A stretch of 64,000 nucleotides of DNA, from the IMG/VR virus record IMGVR_UViG_3300027733_000039, positions 1 to 64,000 of that record. One strand, 5' to 3'. Positions within the stretch are counted from its first letter, which is position 1, and every line of letters starts with the position of its first letter. The DNA comes from a virus. Positions 10,458 through 19,732 of the stretch are shown piece by piece. The notes beneath the pieces are model-generated. The model did no database searches, had not been told where the DNA came from, and saw nothing but the letters and a program-made list of their open reading frames with translations. The translations under genes and the position numbers were made by a program.

Positions 10458-11239
10458 CCATTGCCCTTCTTCAACATCAATACCTTGGGCACATCCCCCC
10501 AACGCCTTTGGTGCCTGTGTTATCGGATTCGGTTACACCTACAGCACATGAACTTTTGTTCAATATTGCTCATGTCCTTGGGCACCCCGTTGGGTACCTG
10601 CAAGAACAGCAAGGAAGTATTGTTCAAAACATTCTTCCAAATCAAAAAACCGAGTATTCACAGATTTCTACATCTTCTAAAATCAATTTAGATTTGCATA
10701 CTGAAACATGCTTTCATCCATATCTTCCAGACTACGTTTTACTCTTGTGTTTACGAGGTGACCCTGCTGCTGCAACCACTTACGCTGATATTGAAGACAT
10801 ACTTCCTGATCTAAGCGCCGACTGCATACACCTACTTAAACAACCTTGGTTCCGCACATCTGTTGATGAAAGTTTTAGAACTAACGGAGAACCAGACCAA
10901 CCAAAAGATATTGCCATTTTGTACGAACGTCCAGATGGTACTCACCAACTAAAATACGATAAATCTGTCATGGTAGGACTTTGGAAAGATGCTGTTGGTG
11001 CACTAGAAGAACTAAACAAAGCCATTGAGAAGCACACCAAAGAAGTTATCCTTCAAACAGGAGACTTACTTATCATTGACAACGCTACAACTGTGCATGG
11101 ACGCAAACCTTTTCAAGCCCGTTATGACGGGACAGACCGCTGGCTACAACGTGTTCTCGTGCGTAAAAGTGTTAAGAATATGCCTCACAAACATTGCACA
11201 AAAACAGGTTACCTAATCATTACTAAATACACGGAGTAG
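10454..11239 (+). CDS. TauD/clavaminate-synthase-like Fe(II)/2OG dioxygenase
   Basis: LHTE, PDYVLLLCLR, GDLLIIDN..TVHGR, DRWLQR. Confidence 0.88.
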   Translation: MTIALLQHQYLGHIPPTPLVPVLSDSVTPTAHELLFNIAHVLGHPVGYLQEQQGSIVQNILPNQKTEYSQISTSSKINLDLHTETCFHPYLPDYVLLLCLRGDPAAATTYADIEDILPDLSADCIHLLKQPWFRTSVDESFRTNGEPDQPKDIAILYERPDGTHQLKYDKSVMVGLWKDAVGALEELNKAIEKHTKEVILQTGDLLIIDNATTVHGRKPFQARYDGTDRWLQRVLVRKSVKNMPHKHCTKTGYLIITKYTE

Positions 11240-11241
11240 AT

Positions 11242-11418
11242 ATGTCCGAACACGAAATGCCACTAAGTGAAACTGTCCGCCTTATGGCTGATGTTATAAG
11301 AGAAGGAAAAGGCAGAGTGCAAGTTAATTTTGAGCCATCCTTCCTCTACGAAATTGCTAATGTCTTGTCACATTACGAAGATTGGGAATGGGAGTTTGGT
11401 AATGGGAAACAAGAATAA
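11242..11418 (+). CDS. Small hypothetical protein (58 aa, not in the ORF track)
   Basis: GGAG RBS, MSEHEMPL...GKQE*; fills the gap. Confidence 0.5.
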   Translation: MSEHEMPLSETVRLMADVIREGKGRVQVNFEPSFLYEIANVLSHYEDWEWEFGNGKQE

Positions 11419-11767
11419 AGCCAAAGGTACTTCCTATGAGGTCCTGGTTCGTGATCACTTCATCACTAACGGTTTTCCCAATACTCACAGGACAGCCCTT
11501 GCAGGTGGTCTAGATGCTGGAGACTTGCATGGAATACAGCGACCAGACACTCAAAGGAAAGTTTGCGTTCAGTGCAAGAATGACAAGTCCTTCAATATCA
11601 GTGGGTGGCTCAACGATACTGTAGAACAAGCAAAGCGCTTAAATGACGCTGTTCCTGCGCTGGTTGTGAAGAGGAAAGGTAAAGGGGAAAAAGCACTGGG
11701 TGATTCGTACGTTGTGATGCGTTTAGATGACCTGATTGAACTCTTAAAGGAAGCAAACTACTCCTAA
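11402..11767 (+). CDS. Holliday junction resolvase (Hjc-like)
   Basis: KNKAKGTSYE...GDLHG...VQCKN...YVVMRLDD. Confidence 0.8.
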   Translation: MGNKNKAKGTSYEVLVRDHFITNGFPNTHRTALAGGLDAGDLHGIQRPDTQRKVCVQCKNDKSFNISGWLNDTVEQAKRLNDAVPALVVKRKGKGEKALGDSYVVMRLDDLIELLKEANYS

Positions 11768-11812
11768 ACTTTGTGAACAATATAAATACCTTGTTCTATT
11801 AGGAGTCCTACA

Positions 11813-12103
11813 ATGTCACAAGAATTACATACACCTATTGACGATATCTTAAAAGTCTCAGGAAGTAGTAACCCACAAAGTGTTGGTTCTATTCTTGCTC
11901 GTGCGGTAAACGCAGGACAAGCACCTAAGATGCGTGCTATCGGCGCCAGCGCTGTTAATCAAGCAGCCAAAGCAGCAGCAATCGCCCGAGGCTTTGTTGC
12001 TCCACGTGGTGTTGATCTTACTTATATTATTGGCTTTGATGATATTATTGGAGACAACGGAGAAGCCATTTCGGCTATCTCATTTAAACCAATCGTGAGG
12101 TAG
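11813..12103 (+). CDS. spoVS: SpoVS-family (Alba-like) nucleic-acid-binding protein
   Basis: LKVSGSSNPQSV...RAIGASAVNQAAKAAAIARGF. Confidence 0.9.
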   Translation: MSQELHTPIDDILKVSGSSNPQSVGSILARAVNAGQAPKMRAIGASAVNQAAKAAAIARGFVAPRGVDLTYIIGFDDIIGDNGEAISAISFKPIVR

Positions 12104-12720
12104 TGATGGCTCGTAAAGACCACTTTAATGCTGGCACCTCAGCAGCACCCTCTTTCAAAATTTGGGACATGCCAAACATGTCACGAGGCAGTGAAGAACC
12201 TACAGAGAAAATAGTTCCTGAAGTACATACTCCTGCACGAGCACCTGGAACTAACGGTCCAGATGACAAAGGTTACGAAGCAAAACTCACCAGCAGTGTA
12301 AAGATAGAGAGCAGTAAACCTATGACTGTCCGCCGTCTTGGCGAAGTAGGCAGTGTTCGTATTGCTCTCCGACAACCAAACTCAAACGCAGTTGAGGAAC
12401 TTGCAGGGGAAGGGATAACTGACCGTAACCCTGAAAAAACGCACCCATACGCCATTGGATCTGGTACACAACTTAGCCCCGAAGATGGGCAAGCCCGCCT
12501 AGATGCTTACTTCACAGAACGTGACGTTTCACTTGCAGCAGAGAAGAGCAAGAAGGCAAAAGCACGAACACAAGCCCGTGCTGCACGAAAACAAGAACTA
12601 TTACCTAATGCAAAGCCTTCCAAGCGAACAAAGCGGATTGCTAACCCTATGGTGGCAACAGGTGAATACCCTAAACCTACTATTCCTAATCCTAAAGCGC
12701 CAAAACGCAAAGAGAAGTAA
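12103..12720 (+). CDS. Hypothetical basic protein
   Basis: ORF with a Lys/Arg-rich C-terminus. Confidence 0.6.
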   Translation: MMARKDHFNAGTSAAPSFKIWDMPNMSRGSEEPTEKIVPEVHTPARAPGTNGPDDKGYEAKLTSSVKIESSKPMTVRRLGEVGSVRIALRQPNSNAVEELAGEGITDRNPEKTHPYAIGSGTQLSPEDGQARLDAYFTERDVSLAAEKSKKAKARTQARAARKQELLPNAKPSKRTKRIANPMVATGEYPKPTIPNPKAPKRKEK

Positions 12721-12722
12721 CT

Positions 12723-12890
12723 ATGGCTTCCAAGAAGAAGCCTCGTAAGCCCTCAGTAGGGCGTACTCCTGCACAACACACTGGCGAGCGTAATGGTGCT
12801 CGTTACCACCTTCATCCAATTGAACCAACTGGAGGAGGTACAATGGGGGGTCTACTTAGTCCAAGTGGACAAGGTCAGGTGGGCGTGTGA
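12723..12890 (+). CDS. Small basic protein (55 aa, not in the ORF track)
   Basis: MASKKKPRKP...GQVGV*; GTGA overlap with the next ORF. Confidence 0.5.
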   Translation: MASKKKPRKPSVGRTPAQHTGERNGARYHLHPIEPTGGGTMGGLLSPSGQGQVGV

Positions 12891-13378
12891 GTAAGAATAC
12901 TTTTACATCATGGATGAGTCCTTCGGCACCCCCAGGCGGAAACACGCAAGGTGAGTTTGGTCCATCACCTGTATTTCGCAATCAAAAAGACTGGCAACTC
13001 TCGGGGTACCAGACAGGCGCTGACACACAGTATCCAGACGGATACCTAGGAACGATGTCGGCTAACCGCCGACAAGACAAGATCCTTGGCTCATTGAGCC
13101 GTATGAATGCTCGTCAGTACTCCCGTGGTGTGCACAAAGGTGAACGGATTAATGCGGGCGATTACATCTGGCCCGATGAGTTTAACTTGTACACTGGACT
13201 TCAATTACAAGCACAAGGTAAGAAGTTTGCCCCACCTGGAGCCGAGCCTATTCGGCTTACCAATGACGGCAAAGTCGGACCTCGTGGCATTTCCCGTGAC
13301 CAAAAGCGTGATGAGGCAACAGAGTTAAGCCTTCAGCGCCAGTCACAACTTAAATCACTAGCACCACCTTGGAGATAA
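12887..13378 (+). CDS. Hypothetical protein
   Basis: Coupled ORF; YPDGYLG and RGVHKGERI segments. Confidence 0.7.
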   Translation: MSKNTFTSWMSPSAPPGGNTQGEFGPSPVFRNQKDWQLSGYQTGADTQYPDGYLGTMSANRRQDKILGSLSRMNARQYSRGVHKGERINAGDYIWPDEFNLYTGLQLQAQGKKFAPPGAEPIRLTNDGKVGPRGISRDQKRDEATELSLQRQSQLKSLAPPWR

Positions 13379-13381
13379 CTC

Positions 13382-13612
13382 ATGGCTGACGGACTTAAAA
13401 ACTACCGAACCTACACGGGCGAAGGCGAAGAGCCTTCAGAGAATACCTACGAAGTACAGTCACGTAAAAATAAAGGTGGCAAGTACCAAACACACTTGAC
13501 TACTAACAAAGAAAACCAAGCCATGATGCATTACCAAGGTCGCAACGTAGGCGCTGGTTACACCAAGCGCATGATGGTTAACGGAAAACTATTCAAAAGG
13601 ACGTTTGGCTGA
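13382..13612 (+). CDS. Hypothetical protein
   Basis: GGAG RBS; tightly packed ORF. Confidence 0.6.
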   Translation: MADGLKNYRTYTGEGEEPSENTYEVQSRKNKGGKYQTHLTTNKENQAMMHYQGRNVGAGYTKRMMVNGKLFKRTFG

Positions 13613-13614
13613 TC

Positions 13615-13986
13615 ATGGCACGAGGTAATGAATCAGGCAGAGACCCACGCCGTAAAGTTGGTCGTGGCGATATGCGTAACTTTGGTTGGATGAGTAGTGC
13701 ACCAGCACCAACAGGTGGCATGACAATGACAGAGATGTCAGACAACCCTGCTAATCGTAGAGTAGACATTGGTTCTAAACCAGACGCAGAACGAGGCAAA
13801 GGACACGCCCCAGTAGTGGAGTTTCCAGCAGGTAATGAGCATGGTGTAAAACGCATCACGGGTCTTACAAACCATAAAACAAAGATGGGTGCGAGGCGTG
13901 CCGCTAAAGACATGGTGCGAGGTAACTCAGATCTTTTGCATAAAGATGAGTGGGGCAAAAGCCCTGAAGAGTGGGAAGTAAAGTAA
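13615..13986 (+). CDS. Small protein with MARGNESGRDPRR N-terminus
   Basis: N-terminus is almost identical to that of 15970..16290. Confidence 0.7.
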   Translation: MARGNESGRDPRRKVGRGDMRNFGWMSSAPAPTGGMTMTEMSDNPANRRVDIGSKPDAERGKGHAPVVEFPAGNEHGVKRITGLTNHKTKMGARRAAKDMVRGNSDLLHKDEWGKSPEEWEVK

Positions 13987-14255
13987 TGGCACGGGGGGTA
14001 GATTCAGGCGGTGACGGCGCACGTGTCGTAGACATGCAGGCGTGGAAGAACCGTAAGCGAGCAGAGATGATGCAAGGTCATCCATCCACAATGACTGGTG
14101 GCGGTGGTAAGAAGCCACCTAAAAAGCCAAGAACTCGTACAGGCGATGACGGTCATTATGAGAGTGCCGACGGTGGAATGTACTACAACACCAAGAATGA
14201 TGACGCTAACCCATACGGCATGAAGCGCCCTAACTCAGATTGGTACAAAGATTAA
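13986..14255 (+). CDS. Small protein with MARGVDSGGD N-terminus
   Basis: TAATG coupling; related N-terminal peptide. Confidence 0.65.
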   Translation: MARGVDSGGDGARVVDMQAWKNRKRAEMMQGHPSTMTGGGGKKPPKKPRTRTGDDGHYESADGGMYYNTKNDDANPYGMKRPNSDWYKD

Positions 14256-14257
14256 TT

Positions 14258-14662
14258 ATGGCTAGTGAATACGACGACGATCCACTTGCAAGCAGCCCAA
14301 GTCCGTCTACAAGGTCTAGTAGGCGTGGTTCATTATTTAGTGGCATGAAAGATCATGTGTCTAACGCAGTGTCACAGCACCTTCAACCACTTGCTCAAAA
14401 CACTATGGATGCGGCTAAACCTCTTGCAGAGAATGCGTGGGCTAATGCTTCAGAGTATGCAAGCAATAACCCTGACAAGGTAGAAAATATGGCAGGGAAG
14501 GCTGGTGGGTTACTTGGTGCCTCCATGGGAGGACCACTCACCGCTAAGTTAGGTAGTAAAGCAGGAAGAAAACTAGGGCGTGCGCTTTCTAAGAAGGCTC
14601 AAGAAACACAACAGACTCAGAGTGGTTCATCTGAGACCGATAACTGGGATCCGTTCTCTTAA
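14258..14662 (+). CDS. Hypothetical protein (glycine-zipper-like segment)
   Basis: GKAGGLLGASMGG...GSKAGRKLG. Confidence 0.6.
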   Translation: MASEYDDDPLASSPSPSTRSSRRGSLFSGMKDHVSNAVSQHLQPLAQNTMDAAKPLAENAWANASEYASNNPDKVENMAGKAGGLLGASMGGPLTAKLGSKAGRKLGRALSKKAQETQQTQSGSSETDNWDPFS

Positions 14663-14664
14663 AT

Positions 14665-14979
14665 ATGTCACAAAGTATTCCTAACGCCAAGCCATGGCAG
14701 TCACACACAGAGACTCTGGTTGATAACGCCTTGAGGTCGGCTATCTCTGATCCAGAGAGCATTCGCCAAATTCGCCCTAACCATCCTCACCAGTTATTTG
14801 CTCCACGAGAAGGATACGCAAAGCAAACAATGGGTATAATGGATGTGTTAAACATTGACCGCTACACAGCCTCTAACCGTTCTTGGGTTTCAGGGGCACC
14901 TGTAATGTTCCGTGATGGCACGTTTATGGAAGAGAATTTCTCTAGTTCCAGCCGATATTCAATGCAGAGTTTGGGGTAA
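14665..14979 (+). CDS. Hypothetical protein
   Basis: Tightly packed ORF. Confidence 0.6.
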   Translation: MSQSIPNAKPWQSHTETLVDNALRSAISDPESIRQIRPNHPHQLFAPREGYAKQTMGIMDVLNIDRYTASNRSWVSGAPVMFRDGTFMEENFSSSSRYSMQSLG

Positions 14980-14981
14980 GT

Positions 14982-15731
14982 ATGGCAGACAACGATTACA
15001 TTGGCAACATCCAAGCCAACCGTTGGAACTCAATGAACCAAGGGTTCCTATCACGTACCCCTTCGTGGATGAGTAGTGATTTCAAACAAGGTTCTTCTGT
15101 CCAACAAAACCGTTACCAACCAGCAAACGCTGGTACTCGCCAATCGTGGAGTGGTGGCGAAATTAGAGACACTCGCACAGCGTCTGTTATGCCTTCGCTT
15201 TTAAAGGCTACTCGTAATATTGCTGATGCACGACGCACCAACGCAATTGACAAGGAACAGCAGGCACAAGCAGGTCAGCAATTTGCTACAAACTGGCAGA
15301 ATATGTATACACAAGGTGTGAACCAAGCAAAGATTGCACCTTTGCAACAAGCCTACCAAAACGCTTTTAAACCAGCCGCTCCTGGTCCTTCATCATCCTT
15401 GACTACAGGTGCTGGAGCAATCAATCAAAATCTTGCTCGTTGGCAAACGCCTACCCCTAAACCCAATCTCAATCCTGTGTTAACGGGGTACCAGAATGCC
15501 ATGGGTCAAGCCGCTGTTGCGCCACTAAAAAAGCAATATACAAATCCAGGCACTCCCCCACGTACTTTTAACCCAACTCCACTACAGCAACAAGCGATTA
15601 CTGGCGTACAACAAATGAAAGCAGCACGCCAACCTGCACCATCAACTAAACCAGCAAAAACCCGTGCACAAAAACGTGGAATTGCTGAAGCGGCTTTTGC
15701 TAACATTCGTCAATCTTTAGGTAACCAATAA
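14982..15731 (+). CDS. Hypothetical Gln/Pro/Ala-rich protein
   Basis: Low complexity; internal repeat IAPLQQAYQN / VAPLKKQYTN. Confidence 0.65.
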   Translation: MADNDYIGNIQANRWNSMNQGFLSRTPSWMSSDFKQGSSVQQNRYQPANAGTRQSWSGGEIRDTRTASVMPSLLKATRNIADARRTNAIDKEQQAQAGQQFATNWQNMYTQGVNQAKIAPLQQAYQNAFKPAAPGPSSSLTTGAGAINQNLARWQTPTPKPNLNPVLTGYQNAMGQAAVAPLKKQYTNPGTPPRTFNPTPLQQQAITGVQQMKAARQPAPSTKPAKTRAQKRGIAEAAFANIRQSLGNQ

Positions 15732-15756
15732 CTCTCATAAATGATAGGATTGTATT

Positions 15757-15960
15757 ATGGCTGTAAATGACACTCGCTCAATGAACAATGATCTCCGCCT
15801 TGGCGCCAAGGACGGTAAGTTTAAGAGCACTACACCTAACCGTGGCGGTGACCTTGACCCAACTGACGCCAGTGTTCGTGCTATGGAACTCCAAGCACAA
15901 TACGGCGTTGTAGAGCGCACACCCTTGGCTAACGCCCCCGAAGCACATCTACACCGATAA
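15757..15960 (+). CDS. Small hypothetical protein (leaderless)
   Basis: TAGGAT-N6-ATG start. Confidence 0.65.
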   Translation: MAVNDTRSMNNDLRLGAKDGKFKSTTPNRGGDLDPTDASVRAMELQAQYGVVERTPLANAPEAHLHR

Positions 15961-15969
15961 GGACTAACC

Positions 15970-16290
15970 ATGGCACGAGGTAACGAATCAGGCAGAGATC
16001 CACGCCGTCAAGTTGACCGAGCAAGTCGTGGTCTATCGGGAACAGGACAATCAGATCTTCCTAGACTTTCCCGACTAATTGCTTCCAATTTGGAAGACAA
16101 AGCCCTCAACGAAACAGTTTTCGTACCCGATTATTCGGGAGCCGTACAGTCTCGCTTGCACAATTACCGTCAAGATCGCAATGGCAGTATGCAAGATGGC
16201 GAACCTATGGATGACCTGACCAGTGACACTGCACGGGAAGTAAATGCTCGTTTTAAGAACCGTCGTAGAGGTGGAGACGGATCCTACTAA
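15970..16290 (+). CDS. Small protein with MARGNESGRDPRR N-terminus
   Basis: AAGGA RBS; shares about 50 nt of 5' sequence with 13615. Confidence 0.7.
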   Translation: MARGNESGRDPRRQVDRASRGLSGTGQSDLPRLSRLIASNLEDKALNETVFVPDYSGAVQSRLHNYRQDRNGSMQDGEPMDDLTSDTAREVNARFKNRRRGGDGSY

Positions 16291-16332
16291 ATATGTAGTA
16301 GGCTTCGGCTAGACCGAAGTTAGGAGTACAAC

Positions 16333-16794
16333 ATGGCAGCAGACGACCACCGTCTTTTAGTATGCAAGACCCACGCCGTTATGTGGAAAATGAAACCATA
16401 TGATGGACCCGCCGAGTACGACCAAGAGTTGCGTGAACTCTGTGATCGCCACAACGCACAAGTACCTGACCCGCAGAACTGTAACGCTGTCATTTATCGC
16501 ACAGACGCAGAGACCGCTAAGAAGTTGGACTCAGAGACCGCCATCAAGAGTGACTTGGCAAAGAATGATGTGTTCATTCGTGACACCCGAGACGAACTTA
16601 AAGTAGACGCTCTCAAATGCTTCAGCCGACATAACCGACCTAAAGATGGTTGCATTGACTGGTGCATTGACTCCAAAACTATTGGACGCAAGACAGGCAT
16701 CGCCAAAGACAAGAGACAGTACCTTTGCATGTATTGCCCAGCCGCCGAACACTATGCCCACCGTGAGCGCATTGAGATGGGTCTCTACGACTGA
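16333..16794 (+). CDS. Cys/His-rich putative Zn-binding protein
   Basis: AGGAG RBS; CKTH, CDRH, C..HNRP..GC, LCMYCP. Confidence 0.7.
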   Translation: MAADDHRLLVCKTHAVMWKMKPYDGPAEYDQELRELCDRHNAQVPDPQNCNAVIYRTDAETAKKLDSETAIKSDLAKNDVFIRDTRDELKVDALKCFSRHNRPKDGCIDWCIDSKTIGRKTGIAKDKRQYLCMYCPAAEHYAHRERIEMGLYD

Positions 16795-17276
16795 TGATCA
16801 TTGTGGCACTTGACGTTCTGTCATTGCCTAGTCGTGTAAGTGATGACGTTGGCGCAAGACAACCCATCCCTGAAGGCAGGAAACTATGGAGCACACTGTT
16901 CACTGCGTACAGCGGTCGCATGTCTGTATTCGCTCCAGGTATTACCAACCAAGATGGATGCCTCAGTTGGTTAAAACGTGAAGGCTTTAAAGCGTCCACC
17001 GTTGATTTCATTTCTGAAAATACAGTTGAAGATAAAGTTGCAAGAATTCAGAACTTACACGCCGCATATGGTCGTATCAATTGGTACATTGATGTTGATC
17101 CCAAGGTCGTAGCACGGGTAGCCCATAATGGAATACCCACACTACTAATGACAGTGCCTGACACTGTTAGACCCGAATGGTCTGAGTCTCGTTTCAAAAG
17201 GGAATGGGGCGCAATCGTAGAAGAATCAGATGCACAGGCTCTAGCAAGAGCGGAAAGGAACTGGACAGATGTCTAA
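16794..17276 (+). CDS. HAD-fold-like protein, apparently degenerate
   Basis: IIVALDVL, PIPEG, WL...G, YIDVDP, GIPTLL; no canonical DxD. Confidence 0.5.
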   Translation: MIIVALDVLSLPSRVSDDVGARQPIPEGRKLWSTLFTAYSGRMSVFAPGITNQDGCLSWLKREGFKASTVDFISENTVEDKVARIQNLHAAYGRINWYIDVDPKVVARVAHNGIPTLLMTVPDTVRPEWSESRFKREWGAIVEESDAQALARAERNWTDV

Positions 17277-17535
17277 AGATAATGTGGAGATGGATTTTGA
17301 TGAATGGCTTTCTTTTGGTATGGATCATAAGTTTGTAGGACCTCCAGTGTGTTCCACACACGATGGGATACCGACCACTGAGGACGAAGACGGAGTATGG
17401 GACGAAGGCGGAGACCCTTGTATCCATATTCTTCGCTTGTATGTAGACAAATTGGAAGCCCTCCTCGTAGAGCAAAACCACAGCCCGTCAGTATGGCGCA
17501 AGGCTGGCTGGGAAGAACTACCAACCCAAGAATGA
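17269..17535 (+). CDS. Small hypothetical protein
   Basis: CSTHDG...DPCIH. Confidence 0.6.
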   Translation: MSKDNVEMDFDEWLSFGMDHKFVGPPVCSTHDGIPTTEDEDGVWDEGGDPCIHILRLYVDKLEALLVEQNHSPSVWRKAGWEELPTQE

Positions 17536-18968
17536 AGATCTTCTTTGGCGGAGCGGAGAAGGGGTCATACCGAAAGATGCTCGTGAATGCGGGCGTGCAA
17601 CGCTATGCCCTCAATTTGACTCACTTCCCCATCCCCAAGAAGAAAGAACTAGATCTATCTGCACTCTTTAATGGTGGGGACATCCTTGTCTACACCTCTG
17701 AGAATGACGAAGACATGAATCGTTTTGATACCTTTGTCAGGGACTTCGCAGACTCGCTGTACATGGTCATCGGGCGCCCTGATTATGATGGCGCATGGCT
17801 GGGTGAGAAGTACTACCCATTATGGAATGACGAGAATGATTTAGAGCGCTTGGCTTGGCTCTGTCAGAAGTATGGGCGAGCGGCAGTCAGCGACAAGGCA
17901 GTCACAGGAAAGAATGTGGCTCGTATCGCTTCTATTGCTACTCGCTGGAGCGCCAAGTTAGTGGGCATTACGTCTAAGCCCGACCTCATTGAACGTATCC
18001 AATGGGATACCGTCATCGTAGGCTCTTGGACGAGCGCCATACGCTATGGAGAGACACAGGTATGGGATGGACACGGGTTGCGCAGGTATCCAGCACAACA
18101 AAAGGAATCCGCTCGCAGAAAACATCGTGCTGACATCACCAGACTTGGGATTGATTTTGATGCTGTAATGGATGACAATGTATCCGCCGTTGGAACCCTT
18201 GCGATTGCCTCATGGCAACAATGGGAGACACATACTTTTGGGGGCTATGACCCGATGAATACCGATGATGAGCAAGAATTCAACTCACCTGAAACAGATC
18301 AAACAATTGCTATTCACCCTGATACGCATACCCCCACTTTTCTGGCTTCTGGGGGGTCAACTATTGCTATCAACACCCCAAACAAGCGGCACGAGAATGA
18401 CCGTGTATTGCTACCCGTAATGGGCATAGAAGCGGTCACATCCTTTGGCTCGCAAACCGTTGATACTGAAGGGGAATCAATAGAAATTGACCCTGAAAGA
18501 GTGAACGTAATTCGTTACAATGCTGACCCTTTACGACAGTGCGACAATTGCTATTTGAGTAACAGATGTCCTCAATTCAAGGAACATTCAGAATGCGCAT
18601 TTAGATTGCCGATTGAGATCCGCACAAAGGATCAATTACAGTCCGCTATGAGAGCGCTTATTGAGATGCAAGTAGGACGTGTTATGTTCGCACGCTTTGC
18701 TGAAGAACTAGAAGGACAGGGTCTTGATCAATCCCTATCCCATGAGATGGACAGGTTCTTTAATCTCGTAGATCGCTTTAAAGACATCAATGACACCCGA
18801 GACACCATCCGCCTAGAGATGGAAGCCCGAGGCTCTAGTGGTGTGCTGTCTCGCTTGTTTGGTGCCAAGGCTGGAGAGACTAACCGCATGCTGGATGGTG
18901 GCGGTATGGGCAGTAGCGCAACCAACGCTCTATATTCTGAGATACTGGATTTGTCCGAAGATAATTGA
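17532..18968 (+). CDS. Degenerate TGT/DpdA-like barrel fused to a Cys4 Zn finger and a helical domain
   Basis: MKIFFGGAE, SW...RYG..QVWDG; CDNC....RCP.......C; ATGA coupling at 17532. Confidence 0.55.
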   Translation: MKIFFGGAEKGSYRKMLVNAGVQRYALNLTHFPIPKKKELDLSALFNGGDILVYTSENDEDMNRFDTFVRDFADSLYMVIGRPDYDGAWLGEKYYPLWNDENDLERLAWLCQKYGRAAVSDKAVTGKNVARIASIATRWSAKLVGITSKPDLIERIQWDTVIVGSWTSAIRYGETQVWDGHGLRRYPAQQKESARRKHRADITRLGIDFDAVMDDNVSAVGTLAIASWQQWETHTFGGYDPMNTDDEQEFNSPETDQTIAIHPDTHTPTFLASGGSTIAINTPNKRHENDRVLLPVMGIEAVTSFGSQTVDTEGESIEIDPERVNVIRYNADPLRQCDNCYLSNRCPQFKEHSECAFRLPIEIRTKDQLQSAMRALIEMQVGRVMFARFAEELEGQGLDQSLSHEMDRFFNLVDRFKDINDTRDTIRLEMEARGSSGVLSRLFGAKAGETNRMLDGGGMGSSATNALYSEILDLSEDN

Positions 18969-18993
18969 CAAGACCAAGAATTGAAGGTATTTT
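18965..18993 (+). promoter_or_regulatory. Sigma-A-type promoter
   Basis: TTGACA-17-TATTTT. Confidence 0.55.
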
Positions 18994-19141
18994 ATGTTGA
19001 AACGTCGCATGGTGTGGGCGTACCAGTACGAGACAGAAACAATGGACGAAAGAGGGCGAGCGGTCAAGGGCACAACGCTTGAATTAGAACCCAACGATAC
19101 AAAGCCAATCCGTACCGCTTGGTACTTTGCGAAGGAAATTA

Positions 19142-19732
19142 ATGGACAAGATTACGGATGTAGCAATTGATCTAGACGGGGTTCTTTATCCGTTTGCAGA
19201 CGCTTTCCGTAAATATTGTATAGATGTTGTAGGTCTATCTTCTTCTAAGTTACCTTCCCCAACCACTTGGGAGTTCTACAAAGAGTGGGGAATGCACAAA
19301 GAAGAGTTTGAAGAACATCTGCGTGTTGGTTCTCGTGACCACAACCTCTTCAATAGCATGCCCGCAGCATACAACGCCGACTATGCATGGAAGCGCTTTC
19401 GTGAAATGGGACTCACCATTCATGTGATGACATACCGACCTGTGGAAGCCCACGAGCAAACACGTCAATGGTTAGACACTCACGGACTTACACCCGATCA
19501 CTTGTGGTTCCCTACAAATAAAGGTGACGCCATCCGAGAACACGGTGGCAAGTTCATGGCAATTGATGACCATGTTAACAATTACCTAGACATGAAGAAC
19601 GCTGGCGCTGTATCAGTTCTCCACACGCAACCATGGAATACCCATCACCTAGATGCACTTCGTGTTTCTAACATGCGCAACTTCGTTATCCTTTTAGACA
19701 TCTACAACACAGACACAGAGGTATACCTATGA
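19142..19732 (+). CDS. 5'(3')-deoxyribonucleotidase (HAD family)
   Basis: AIDLDGVL, MTYR, K...IDD, QPWN. Confidence 0.82.
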   Translation: MDKITDVAIDLDGVLYPFADAFRKYCIDVVGLSSSKLPSPTTWEFYKEWGMHKEEFEEHLRVGSRDHNLFNSMPAAYNADYAWKRFREMGLTIHVMTYRPVEAHEQTRQWLDTHGLTPDHLWFPTNKGDAIREHGGKFMAIDDHVNNYLDMKNAGAVSVLHTQPWNTHHLDALRVSNMRNFVILLDIYNTDTEVYL

